From Planctomycetota bacterium (GTDB lineage: Bacteria > Planctomycetota > GCA-002687715), in assembly GCA_009691765.1 (NCBI GenBank), contig SIAO01000002.1, positions 154,415 to 218,414 on the forward strand: DNA of 64,000 nucleotides, in the 5' to 3' direction. The notes beneath the pieces are model-generated. The model ran no database searches. It had not been told where the DNA came from and worked only from the letters and a program-made list of their open reading frames with translations. Both the position numbers and the translations under genes were made by a program. Of the stretch, positions 28,901-37,436 are shown piece after piece (within the stretch, counting starts at the first letter, position 1; each line of letters opens with the position of its first letter).

Positions 28901-30285
28901 TCGAGCTTCCTGACAGCGCGCGCGAAGTGGCGCAACGTCTCGCATGCTTTGGCAACGCCGATGTGGGAGGCCGCAGCGCAACGCAAGCCGCACAACCATT
29001 CCTCACGCCAGCCGCACCCGTCAGCACTGCAAGTGGCATCGTGCCCGACAATCTGCAAACGGCGTGGCGCTACGGCAGTGCCGCCGCAGACACGCCAGCG
29101 GCAGTACTGATTCCCGCAGGAGCCCCGCTCCCAGCACACATGGTGCTCGGTTACGTGGACGAGTCCTTGGTCGCATTGAATGTTGAAGATGGCTCCGTGC
29201 TTTGGGCGCGGCCGATGCAGGAATTGCAATCACCGCTCCATGCCGCCGACGGACGCTTGCTGCTACATCACGACGGGTTGCTCGCTTGCTTAGATCTGCG
29301 CAGTGGCCGCGAACTCTGGCGCGCGGTGGGCGAACAGTTTCAATTCTTGGCCGCAGCAACTCATGAAGGGCTGGTCTTGGCACTCGCTCGCACTCTCGAC
29401 CGCGGAGCAGCGTTGCGCTTGCTCAGTTACGACTGGATCAGTGGTCAGTTGGTGCATTCTGTGCCTGCGAGCGATGTCGATCGCGGTGGTTTGCAGTTCA
29501 ACGCTGGCATGGTGCTCGTCATCACGGACGGCCCCGAAGGGAGCCGCGTCTTTGATGTGCTCTCCCTCGCGCCAGTCGGCGGAGCGGCCCCAAGCACGCA
29601 CGAAAGTGCCGCACCTTTCCTCAGCAACGCTGGGCTGCTCATCACCTTTACAAGCGAGCGGCAACGGACGGCCGCCGCGCTCACCATCCGCGCCAAGGAC
29701 CCGCACACAGGCGCCGAGATCTGGAAGCACGAGCCCGGCAGCGGCCACTGCGCGACCACAGGTTCGGACGGCCGCTATCTCGCCTATCAATTCAGTCCTG
29801 CGCGTGGCAGCCAAGGCCGCCGCTTGACGGTGCTGGACTTGAAGGACGGCACCAGTTGCGTTTCTGCAGCTCTCGAACGCAACGAAATCGTGGTTGGCGC
29901 TTCGGTGTTTGTCGGACAACGCATGTATCAACCACAGCGCCTTGTGTTCACCGCTGGCACTGGCCTCGCCGAGCGCGTGAAGGCGTACGACTTGGACACC
30001 GGGGCTTCGCCTTGGTCCAGCGCAGATTTCACCGGCCCAAACCTCTCCCTCCGCGTCTTGCCTTTGGCCGATGTGGTGTTGCTGCGCAAGAGCGTGGCTG
30101 GCGGACGCGGTTTGCGCACGCCCGCTTCCACCCTGTACGGCATCGATCCGATCAGCGGGGCGGTGACAGGCGTCACGGAACTGGGCAGCATCGCGAATTG
30201 GAGCCAAGACGTAGGACTCACGGCATGCGGACGCACCCTCGTGGCCACCGCCGGCGCTCAGCTCATTGCGCTGCGCGCACCATAA
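25906..30285 (+). CDS. giant secreted protein (1459 aa): N-terminal TPR-like helical region + multiple PQQ-type beta-propeller repeats
   Basis: Signal peptide MRHALLLLFFASCLAAQSL. Repeated GxLxWR/GxxxW blades (GVQRWSH, GALLWRTYLG, GTLLWAST, GALRWRSV, GSVLWARP, GRELWRAV, GAEIWKHE) resemble BamB/PQQ-repeat propellers. Confidence 0.7.
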   Translation: MRHALLLLFFASCLAAQSLSTAQATVPDDPVVQQLLLKADEALAQQDLNRALAHWQDILDRLGSKVIQVTKGERSQHPTDPTVAGDLFRGVRGHVMERLRQLNAEQFAVYVQKMEPKARELLQRGIAAFDEAALRDAASRWLLTPSGQAAAFTLLDLLLEQGRFDEALLQAQRLEVDLRTFGASVATQLNATARMALALRGLGRRAALEELVVRFSGAEQAQALQVLGKSLPAADWFLSLSQELPPSAPTATIAFPPLDVVRRRMWATEYQRNNEARELFVFDEREVNARVGWFPVMPSVQGASVYWSDGLTLTCGSMFTGTELWPAVHGPQNRHAGRRNRNLLFRVVVDGDLAVASLEGPPSSKAQRAWQGFETIEAIPNRKLVAVDSATGVQRWSHHTPGEMPREDRDFLRRLSIVQPPVARGNTFYATGTVLLGVFHHWALAINRNTGALLWRTYLGAGQLELNMFGNPVKEAVPLPLTEADGVLYCCTNMGVFCAVDALTGTLLWASTYAQEGIPGTDSPVTYERHPGWVPAAPVVHGSRVYAAPLDALTVVAFERDNGKVQAFPATRRTLANPNTWFLGLHRGALLVAGNVISAVDPDSGALRWRSVEIPARSGRAVFEGFPSVVGDSVWAAIADPRTRGSAIHRYALDGGALLEQNEARDQSLLGNLVVTPEALIIASEDSVAVCFDREEVEARLMREARSAGASSATHLRLGELLSRKPDHIGAIAAFEAALAAAERSADAAARAAAKHALFEAWLNAATARRDLPTGITPEVCFERALGHATDARAKARVLLAALDAALRDQNHQAAIQQCDAILASVADEPATPLGRLVELLGRDSPDVAVPAGLLAALAAARVTETAGDTRMAARRWQNVRERYGRQFLNGETVRSVASRALQALLTLAGRAAYTEVEEQAQKRFAAASAAQDEQGLRTVVENWPESAVALEAHAALVKLLIQHGKSVEAVLELQHQFRDRGNAPVAQVALYAELLGSLELPDSAREVAQRLACFGNADVGGRSATQAAQPFLTPAAPVSTASGIVPDNLQTAWRYGSAAADTPAAVLIPAGAPLPAHMVLGYVDESLVALNVEDGSVLWARPMQELQSPLHAADGRLLLHHDGLLACLDLRSGRELWRAVGEQFQFLAAATHEGLVLALARTLDRGAALRLLSYDWISGQLVHSVPASDVDRGGLQFNAGMVLVITDGPEGSRVFDVLSLAPVGGAAPSTHESAAPFLSNAGLLITFTSERQRTAAALTIRAKDPHTGAEIWKHEPGSGHCATTGSDGRYLAYQFSPARGSQGRRLTVLDLKDGTSCVSAALERNEIVVGASVFVGQRMYQPQRLVFTAGTGLAERVKAYDLDTGASPWSSADFTGPNLSLRVLPLADVVLLRKSVAGGRGLRTPASTLYGIDPISGAVTGVTELGSIANWSQDVGLTACGRTLVATAGAQLIALRAP

Positions 30286-30340
30286 TGTTGTGCCCCGCGG
30301 AGGCGTGAGCCGCGGTGGGTTTGTGGCAAACTACGCCGGG

Positions 30341-31528
30341 ATGTTTATGCCCTCAAAACGTTTTTTCAATGTTGGTTGGGTTGCTGCTGCGTTCCTGCTC
30401 GGAGCCAGTGGACTGGCTTTCACCTACCGCGCCACGGATGTTGCGCCGAGCACGAGCAGCAACACCGCAAACGCGCACTCGGCACTGCCGACATCTGGGC
30501 CACGCACCAAGACCGCCGACCCCGAACGCGTGCGCCGCGCCGTCGACAAAGGCCTCACATGGCTACGCCGTGCGCAAGACAAAACTACAGGCGCGTGGGT
30601 AGAAAACATTGGCTACAAACTGAACTCTGAGTTTGTGGTCACCGAAGCCAGCAAGCCGCACGTTGGAGTCACTTCCCTCGCGCTCATGGCGTTCCTCTCC
30701 GGAGGTCACTTGCCAGGCCGCGGGCAATACGCAGATGTCGTCGAGCGCGGCATCGACTTCGTGCTCTCCAGCGTCGACGCTGAGACGGGCTACATCAGTC
30801 GTGACGGTACGCGCATGTACAGCCACGCTTTCGCCACACTGCTGTTGGCGGAGGTCTACGGCATGACTCACCGCGAAGACTTGAAAGAGAAGTTGCAGCG
30901 CGCGGTGGATGTGACCGTGAAGTCGCAGAACTCCCACGGAAGCTGGCGCTACTTGCTCTACTCCAGCGAATCGGACATGAGCATCACCGTATGCCAAATC
31001 ATGGCGTTGCGTGCCGCGCGCAACAAAGGCATCCGCGTGCCCAAGACTGTGATCGACCGTGCCTACGACTATGTCGTGCGCAGTGCCTACAAAAACCCCG
31101 CCTCACCGGAGTACGGCGGCTTCAAGTATCAAGAGAAGGACCGCTCGCGCACGTCGTTTGCACTGACCAGCGCGGGTGTCGCCACGCTGTACCACTCTGG
31201 AGTCTATGAGCATCAGCTCATCCAAGCAGGGCTGCAATATCTGCGCAACGAAATCGCCGAAGTCAGCCGCCACTACGGTGGGCGCCAAGGCCACTACTTT
31301 TATTGGTACGGGCACTACTACGCTTGCCAAGTGTTCTTCATGGCAGGCAACGACAATGCGGATCTGTGGCAGTTTTATTGGGACCGCATGAGCCGAGAAT
31401 TGCCGGACAACCAAGAAGCCGATGGCTCGTGGAACAACCTCGTCGGGCCCGGGCCCGCGTTCTCCACCGCTGTGGCCAGCATCATTTTGCAGATCCCCAA
31501 CCAATACCTACCCATTTTGCACCGCTAG
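30341..31528 (+). CDS. secreted prenyltransferase/squalene-oxidase-repeat (alpha/alpha toroid, terpene-cyclase-like) protein
   Basis: Trimmed to MFMPSKRFFNVGWVAAAFLLGASGLAF, a signal/anchor sequence. It has repeated G-W and aromatic-rich helical hairpins (TGAWVE, HGSWRYLLYS, DGSWNNLVGPGP) typical of PF00432/PF13243 repeats. Confidence 0.6.
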   Translation: MFMPSKRFFNVGWVAAAFLLGASGLAFTYRATDVAPSTSSNTANAHSALPTSGPRTKTADPERVRRAVDKGLTWLRRAQDKTTGAWVENIGYKLNSEFVVTEASKPHVGVTSLALMAFLSGGHLPGRGQYADVVERGIDFVLSSVDAETGYISRDGTRMYSHAFATLLLAEVYGMTHREDLKEKLQRAVDVTVKSQNSHGSWRYLLYSSESDMSITVCQIMALRAARNKGIRVPKTVIDRAYDYVVRSAYKNPASPEYGGFKYQEKDRSRTSFALTSAGVATLYHSGVYEHQLIQAGLQYLRNEIAEVSRHYGGRQGHYFYWYGHYYACQVFFMAGNDNADLWQFYWDRMSRELPDNQEADGSWNNLVGPGPAFSTAVASIILQIPNQYLPILHR

Positions 31529-31571
31529 CTGCGCGGCGGGAACTTTCCTTCGCGCCGTACGACCAAACACC

Positions 31572-33884
31572 ATGAGCCCACTTGCCACCGTTGTCGCTCG
31601 CCTGCACAGCCTTGGCCGACGGCGCACTCTCGCCGTGGCGCTGCGCGGTGCGACTGGCCCCATGGCGGCCGCTGCTGGGCTGGCCGTCACAGGCTTGCTC
31701 TTGGATTGGTGGTTGCATTTGCCCGTGGCAGTGCGCGCCATCCATCTCGCGGCCTCTGTCGCTTTCGTGGGCGTGCTGTGTTGGCGTCAGCTTGTGAAAC
31801 CACTCTCGCGGCGCCCAGGGCTCGAGCAGCTCGCGCTGCTCGCAGAAGCGTCCGATCCGCGGCTCGGCGATCAGCTCATCTCGGCGTTGCAACTTGAACG
31901 CGACTTGAACGCCGGCGTCGCGGTGGAATCCCCAGAGCTCATTCACGCCCTTGTGGCCGATAGCGCGCAACGGTTCAGCACAGAGACTTTCCGCAATGCA
32001 GCACCGCTCGCACCGGCCTTCGGCGCTTTGTGCTTGGGGTTGCTCGCTTGCTGTGTGCCCGCAGGCATCGCCGCAGCCGACAGCGAAATCGCTTCCATCT
32101 GGCTTCAACGCTCGTTGTTGCTCCGCGAAGTCCCTTGGCCTCGCATGCACTATCTTGTGGTGGAAATCTCTGACGCCGCCGAGATGAGCCGCGAGATGCA
32201 GGGCGACAATTTCGTTTTCCATGTAGCGGAACGCACACCTCTGCAAGTGAATGTGAGCGCCGAGCCGGGCACCAAACTCCCCGACTCCGTCAACATGCTG
32301 GTGACGCCGATAGGTGACACAAGCGATGCGCGCGAAATACCGCTTGGGCGTTCACCCTCAGGCGCGTTCCAACACATCTTTCCGCCGTTGATGGCGTCGT
32401 TCTCCTTCTCGGTGAGCGGCGGCGATGACGACGACGGATTGCCGCTGTACGAAATCCGCGTGGCTCGCGCACCGCGTGTCACAGCCTTCAGTGCGCATTA
32501 CGAGTATCCGAGCTACACCGGCATGCAGCCTCGGGACCTCCCCGACGCGAACATCTCTGCACCCGAAGGCACGCGCATCACGCTGCATTTCACGGTGAAC
32601 ATGGGGCTCACGGCATTTCGTCTGAACTTCGAGAAGGCGGGTGCTGCCGAGCCGACGCTGCAACCCGACGGCACTTGGAACCACACTTTCACAGTCAGCG
32701 CTTCGGATGTCTGGAGCTGGAAGTTGCAAGGCGAAAACGGCGTGGCTTCTACTGCGGTGCCGCGCTACGTCGTCACCTGCGAAAACGACCAGCCACCGCA
32801 CCTCGCGCTAGAGCTGCCGGGCAGCACGACTCTCTTGGTCACTCCGCAAGCCGTCATCCCTTTCAAAGGTGTCGCAAGCGACGACTTCGGTGTCACCGAA
32901 CTCGGCCTGCGCTATGGCACAGATCCGAAAGTGCTGGGGCTCAGTGTGCCTTTCAATGCAACGGATCTCGCGACGCCCTTGGGAGGCCGCACGGTTCCAT
33001 TTTTCCGTGCTCAGCCCGTGGCAGCGTTGCGGCTGGCTGCAGAAAGCGCGACCGAAGCCATGCCCTCGCGCCCCGAACGTGCACCCGGCGATGGCGAGCG
33101 TTTCGCAATGCGTCTCGCGGTCGCCGACAACCGCGTCACAGCGACGCAGCCCGAACCGCACCGCATTCTGTCCGAACAAGAGTTTCGCGTGCAAGTCATC
33201 TCTCCTCAGGAACTGCAAAAGGAGTTTTCGCAGCGTCAGGTGCGCCTGCGCGATCGCGCTGCGGACATCACCACACTGCTCGATCAGCGCATCGCCGAAA
33301 CCAGCGACTTGATTGCGGTGCTGCGCGCCTCGAGCGATCAGCCTCCGGGTGAACCGCGTTTCGTTGCTCTCGAACAAGGCGTAGTGCGCATTCAGGGCGA
33401 ATTGGGTTCGCTGTCGCGCCAGTTTCAGCGCATCGCTGATGGCTATTTGTGGAATCGCCTCGACCACGGCTTTCTCACGGAAAAGCTGATGGAAGTGCTC
33501 GGTGCCGGATTCCTTGCGCACCCCGAACAAGAATCGAGCGCCGCTTGGGCGCAGGCTTTGAAAGACGTACGCCCCGCCATCGACGAAGCCACCCTGATGG
33601 GCCGCGTGGCTGCCATTCTGCAACTGGCGCTGAACACAGCCTTGGAGCTTGCGCCTGCTGCCACGAAACAGTTCGCCGTGGTGAACGCCACGCCCATGCC
33701 AGCGCGTCTTGCACCGCTCGAAACCGTCCTGCCGCTGTTGCAAAAACTCCGCGACGGAGTGGCCGCGCTCACTGAGCGGCTGGAGTCGTGGGAAAACTAT
33801 CTCGACGTCATCCAGGGCTTTCGCGAGCTGCTGGATCTTGAAAAAGGTGTGGAGCACAAGCTCCGCAAAGTGACCAACAAGTGA
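31572..33884 (+). CDS. large membrane-anchored protein (two N-terminal TM helices + ~700-aa extracytoplasmic domain), DUF4175-like candidate
   Basis: Trimmed to MSPLATVVARL.... It has two hydrophobic helices (AAAAGLAVTGLLLDWWL; AIHLAASVAFVGVLCW) followed by a long soluble domain. The family name is uncertain without a search. Confidence 0.55.
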   Translation: MSPLATVVARLHSLGRRRTLAVALRGATGPMAAAAGLAVTGLLLDWWLHLPVAVRAIHLAASVAFVGVLCWRQLVKPLSRRPGLEQLALLAEASDPRLGDQLISALQLERDLNAGVAVESPELIHALVADSAQRFSTETFRNAAPLAPAFGALCLGLLACCVPAGIAAADSEIASIWLQRSLLLREVPWPRMHYLVVEISDAAEMSREMQGDNFVFHVAERTPLQVNVSAEPGTKLPDSVNMLVTPIGDTSDAREIPLGRSPSGAFQHIFPPLMASFSFSVSGGDDDDGLPLYEIRVARAPRVTAFSAHYEYPSYTGMQPRDLPDANISAPEGTRITLHFTVNMGLTAFRLNFEKAGAAEPTLQPDGTWNHTFTVSASDVWSWKLQGENGVASTAVPRYVVTCENDQPPHLALELPGSTTLLVTPQAVIPFKGVASDDFGVTELGLRYGTDPKVLGLSVPFNATDLATPLGGRTVPFFRAQPVAALRLAAESATEAMPSRPERAPGDGERFAMRLAVADNRVTATQPEPHRILSEQEFRVQVISPQELQKEFSQRQVRLRDRAADITTLLDQRIAETSDLIAVLRASSDQPPGEPRFVALEQGVVRIQGELGSLSRQFQRIADGYLWNRLDHGFLTEKLMEVLGAGFLAHPEQESSAAWAQALKDVRPAIDEATLMGRVAAILQLALNTALELAPAATKQFAVVNATPMPARLAPLETVLPLLQKLRDGVAALTERLESWENYLDVIQGFRELLDLEKGVEHKLRKVTNK

Positions 33885-33894
33885 GGAGGCTCTC

Positions 33895-36708
33895 ATGCTG
33901 CGTTGCCTGTTGATGGCGCTGCTCGTGTTGCACTGCGCCGAGATGCTGCCTGCCCAAGACGCCTCCACGGACAAAGAACTTCAAGTGATCCTGCGCGAGC
34001 AGGAGAACGCTGTGCGCCGCATCAAAGCTCTACGCGGCCGCGTGGTGCGCTTGCGCGATCGCTTGGTGCGCGAAAACAACGAACGCAGTGTGAAACTGTT
34101 GGACAGTGCTTTGGCCAAACTCGACAGCATCGATCTCGAAAAGCAGTTGGGCAATGTCGCCGAGCTCGTGCGCAAGGGCCAAGCCTTCCATGGTCTCTCG
34201 GAAGCCGCAAAGGCCGTTGGCGAGATTCAACGCATCATCGACTTGCTCATGGAAAAGCCGCCAGAGCAGAGCGAACGCGAGAAGCGCGCGGAAGAATTGG
34301 CGCAAGCCTCGGCGCAACTTGCAGACCTCGCCGCGCGCGAAGAGGCCTTGAAACAAAGCACTGAAGCGGTGCGCGACGGCATGAGCGCGGAAGCGCGGGC
34401 CGCGGCTGCTGCTTTGGGTGATCGCGTCAAAGCGTTGCGTGAACAGCAGCGCCGCTTGGCCACAGAGCTGACCGCAGAACTCAATGCCGAACAGGCCATC
34501 GACCGCGCTGCACAAGCCGCCGAAGAACTGCGTAGTGCCGCAGCCGCACTGCGTGATGCGGAGATGTCTTTGGAGCGCTCGGCACAACTCGCGCAAGCCG
34601 CTCGCCGCGCCGGAGAATTGGCCAAGCAAGCCAACGCCGTCGCAAAAGCGGCCAAGACTACGGCACGCAGCAGCGATGCGTTGCAGGATGTCAACGCTGC
34701 CCTCGCCGACACAAGCAGCACACCCACACAACGCCTTGAAGCTCTGGAGCGTGCCGCGCAGGCCACGCAACGAGCTGCAGAATCTGCTGCTGAAGCCGCA
34801 GAGGCCACGACGAATCCTGCAGAGGCTTCAGCGGAGCGCGCCTTGGCCGATGCTCTTGCGAAAACCGCCGAAGCCACCGCTGCTGCCGCGCGCGCATCCA
34901 CCAGCGAAGCGAGCGCTCGTGATAAAGCGGAAGCCGCGGCCCGCGCCACTGCGAAAAACGCTGCTACGGCGGCAGAGGCTCAAACTACCGCAACGCAACG
35001 CGCCGCCGAAACTCTTGCGGAAAAATCCAAGGCAGCAGCGGCAGCGACGCCTGAAGCGGAGCAAGCGTCTGAAGCCATGAAGGACGGCGCTGCGTCCTCC
35101 GACGCTGCGCAAGATGCCATGAAATCAGGCGCACCTGACAGCGCCGCGCAAAGTGCGGCGGAAGCTGCTGCCGCCTTCGCGCGCGCGCAAGCTGCTCTCA
35201 GCGAAAGCGCCGCAACAGAAGCCTCACAGCAGAACGCACCATTGAACGCGAGCAACGCTGCCGCGAAGGCTGCACAAAGCGCGGCCAAATCGCTCCCGAA
35301 GGAAGGGGCCGCTGCCGAAGCAGCCGCAGCGTTGGAAAAGGCCGCGAGTGAAGCGCAGAGCAGCGCACAAGCCGCCCATGCAGGGAGCAAGCAAGCGCAG
35401 CGTGAACATGCCGAAGCGGCAGCCAAGGCCGCGGAGGCCGCCGCCGCCAAACTCGCCGAAGCGAAACGCGACTTGAGTCGCCGTAAAGAAGACAACGCCG
35501 CAAAAGCGAAAAAGCAGCGCGATCTTTCTCGCAAGATCGACGAAGTGAAACGCGCCGCTGCGGAGCGCACCGAGAAACCGTTCGAGGCCGCGAGCAAGGC
35601 GCTCGAAGAAGCCGCGCAAGCGCAGCAGCAAGGCGCGCAAGCGAGCGAATCCTCTGACAATGCCGGAGCCGACAAGGCGCAACAGCAAAGTGGTGAGGCT
35701 CTCGATCGCGCTGCGCAAGCGTTGCAAGACGCTGCCAACGCGCGAGAGAAGAATGAGCAAGCCGATGCGAGCGAACAGCAAGAGCTGGCGCGGCGTCAGA
35801 AGGAACTTCAAGAACAAGGGCAGCAGCTCGCCGAATCGATGAAGAACATCTCTCCTGAAGGTGCCAGCAAGGCATCTTCCGCGAGTGAAAGCATGGACTC
35901 CGCGCAACAGAGTTTGCAGCGCAAGGACGCTGGCGCTGCTGCCGAGCAAGAGCAAGAGGCCATCGACAAATTGAAAGATGCGCAGAAGAAGGTGGACGAA
36001 GAGCGCGGGAAGTACGACGACCTGCAGCAAGAGGAACTGCTCTTCCAGCTCAAAGCCGAGGTTGAGAAGTTGATCGTCATTCAAAAAGAGATCAATGCGA
36101 GCTCGCTGAAAGTCCACGCGGAAGCCGAAGGTGGTCGCGTGAGCCGCTCGTCGCGCCGCACATTGCAAGAATTGGGCACACGCGAGACGGCGGCTTCGCA
36201 GACCCTTGGCGGACTCCGTAAATCGATTGAAGAAGAACAAGGCGGCGGCATGGTGTTCTCGTGGCTGATGGAACGCATCGGCAACGACATGAACACCGCC
36301 ACGCAAGACCTAGCCAAAGGCACCGTGACCCAAGTGACTCTTGGCGCTGAAAACGATGCGCTGCAAGGCTTGGAAGACATGCGCCAGACGCTCGAAGATG
36401 AAATCGAATCGCGTAAGAAGATGAAGCAAGGCGATCCGCAGGAAGGGCAGCCACAGAAGCCTCAGTTGGTCGGCATGCTCGCGGAACTCCTGCTCGTGCG
36501 CCGTATGCAGCAGGGCTTCAACACGGATCAAGAAAAGTTCTTTGCGCGCAATCCGAAACTTGGTGCCGATGGCGATCCTCTCGACAAGCTGGTGTTAGAG
36601 CGCCTCGCCCACCGCCAGTCCGCCATTCGTGAGCGCTTCGAGAAACTGTTGGAGAAAATGCAGAGCGGCCAACCCGCCCCTGCTGAAGGTGAAGGAGAAG
36701 GCAAATGA
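33895..36708 (+). CDS. secreted 937-aa coiled-coil protein with an extensive Ala/Glu/Gln/Lys-rich low-complexity core (TIGR02302/DUF4175-like candidate)
   Basis: Signal peptide MLRCLLMALLVLHCAEMLPAQ. Residues ~150-700 are almost entirely A/E/Q/K/S heptad-like repeats, and the termini are conserved-looking. It has strong coding periodicity despite the repetitive GCN-rich DNA. Confidence 0.65.
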   Translation: MLRCLLMALLVLHCAEMLPAQDASTDKELQVILREQENAVRRIKALRGRVVRLRDRLVRENNERSVKLLDSALAKLDSIDLEKQLGNVAELVRKGQAFHGLSEAAKAVGEIQRIIDLLMEKPPEQSEREKRAEELAQASAQLADLAAREEALKQSTEAVRDGMSAEARAAAAALGDRVKALREQQRRLATELTAELNAEQAIDRAAQAAEELRSAAAALRDAEMSLERSAQLAQAARRAGELAKQANAVAKAAKTTARSSDALQDVNAALADTSSTPTQRLEALERAAQATQRAAESAAEAAEATTNPAEASAERALADALAKTAEATAAAARASTSEASARDKAEAAARATAKNAATAAEAQTTATQRAAETLAEKSKAAAAATPEAEQASEAMKDGAASSDAAQDAMKSGAPDSAAQSAAEAAAAFARAQAALSESAATEASQQNAPLNASNAAAKAAQSAAKSLPKEGAAAEAAAALEKAASEAQSSAQAAHAGSKQAQREHAEAAAKAAEAAAAKLAEAKRDLSRRKEDNAAKAKKQRDLSRKIDEVKRAAAERTEKPFEAASKALEEAAQAQQQGAQASESSDNAGADKAQQQSGEALDRAAQALQDAANAREKNEQADASEQQELARRQKELQEQGQQLAESMKNISPEGASKASSASESMDSAQQSLQRKDAGAAAEQEQEAIDKLKDAQKKVDEERGKYDDLQQEELLFQLKAEVEKLIVIQKEINASSLKVHAEAEGGRVSRSSRRTLQELGTRETAASQTLGGLRKSIEEEQGGGMVFSWLMERIGNDMNTATQDLAKGTVTQVTLGAENDALQGLEDMRQTLEDEIESRKKMKQGDPQEGQPQKPQLVGMLAELLLVRRMQQGFNTDQEKFFARNPKLGADGDPLDKLVLERLAHRQSAIRERFEKLLEKMQSGQPAPAEGEGEGK

Positions 36709-37361
36709 AAGCGCTGTCTCTGCTCGCTGCGAGTGTGTTGCTGCTCCCGACGCTTGTCGCACAAGAACCGGAAACGCCTGCCACAGATCCGGGTGAATTG
36801 CTGCGCCAGATTCAGCGCAACATGCAAGCTGTCGAGAAGGGCCTCGATGAACTGGCCACGGAGGAAGCCGGTGCTGCTGGCCGCCGCACAGTGGAATCCA
36901 TCAATCGCGCCATCGAAGAGATGAAGAAGAACGGCCAGCAGGTCACCAAAGACATCGACGAGATCATCAAGCAGATGAAGAGCTCGGGCGGTGGAGGCGG
37001 TGGTGGCGGCGGGCAAAGTGGCGGCAAAGGCGGAGAGAAAAGCAGAAACAGTGGCAAAGAACGCGGCAGCGCCAAAGACCGCAACAAGCCCGAGCCCGGG
37101 CAAGAAGATGGCGAAGGCAAGCAGTCGAAAGGTGGTGGCAAGGAGGACAACACCTCCCCCGATCAGCCGGGTGGGCGCAACGAAAACGGCCCGGGGCGCC
37201 CAGAAGATCCGCGCGAGCGCTTCCGCCAAGAACTTCTCGAAGGCCGCTGGGGCGTGTTGCCTCCGGAGCTGCGCCAGCGCCTGATCGAGCGCAACTTCCG
37301 CGAGTTCACGCCCGAGTATCAAGAAGAATTGCGCGCCTACTTCCGCCGCCTCGCGCGCTAG
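36705..37361 (+). CDS. small secreted Gly/Lys/Glu-rich protein, last gene of the cluster
   Basis: Signal peptide MKALSLLAASVLLLPTLVAQ. It has a poly-Gly tract (SSGGGGGGGGGQSGGKGG) and a conserved-looking C-terminus (FRQELLEGRWGVLPPELRQRLIERNFREFTPEYQEELRAYFRRL). ATG overlaps the upstream stop. Confidence 0.55.
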   Translation: MKALSLLAASVLLLPTLVAQEPETPATDPGELLRQIQRNMQAVEKGLDELATEEAGAAGRRTVESINRAIEEMKKNGQQVTKDIDEIIKQMKSSGGGGGGGGGQSGGKGGEKSRNSGKERGSAKDRNKPEPGQEDGEGKQSKGGGKEDNTSPDQPGGRNENGPGRPEDPRERFRQELLEGRWGVLPPELRQRLIERNFREFTPEYQEELRAYFRRLAR

Positions 37362-37405
37362 GCGCGGAGGTGGTTTGTGCGTTTCGTTGCACAGACCGAT
37401 AGGCG

Positions 37406-37422
37406 CGCCTCGTTGCGAGGCG
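37406..37422. terminator. GC-rich hairpin (cgcctcg-ttg-cgaggcg) in the convergent gap between the Bat-like cluster and rlmI
   Basis: A 7-bp perfect inverted repeat with a 3-nt loop; there is no U-tract. Confidence 0.3.
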
Positions 37423-37436
37423 AACCAACGCCACAC

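Noticed and set aside
35224-36306. 360-aa minus-strand ORF inside the coiled-coil gene
   Set aside because: It arises from the repetitive GCN-rich low-complexity DNA on the opposite strand of a gene with a signal peptide and strong coding periodicity. Its composition (R/L/F-rich) is the mirror image expected for antisense GCN repeats.
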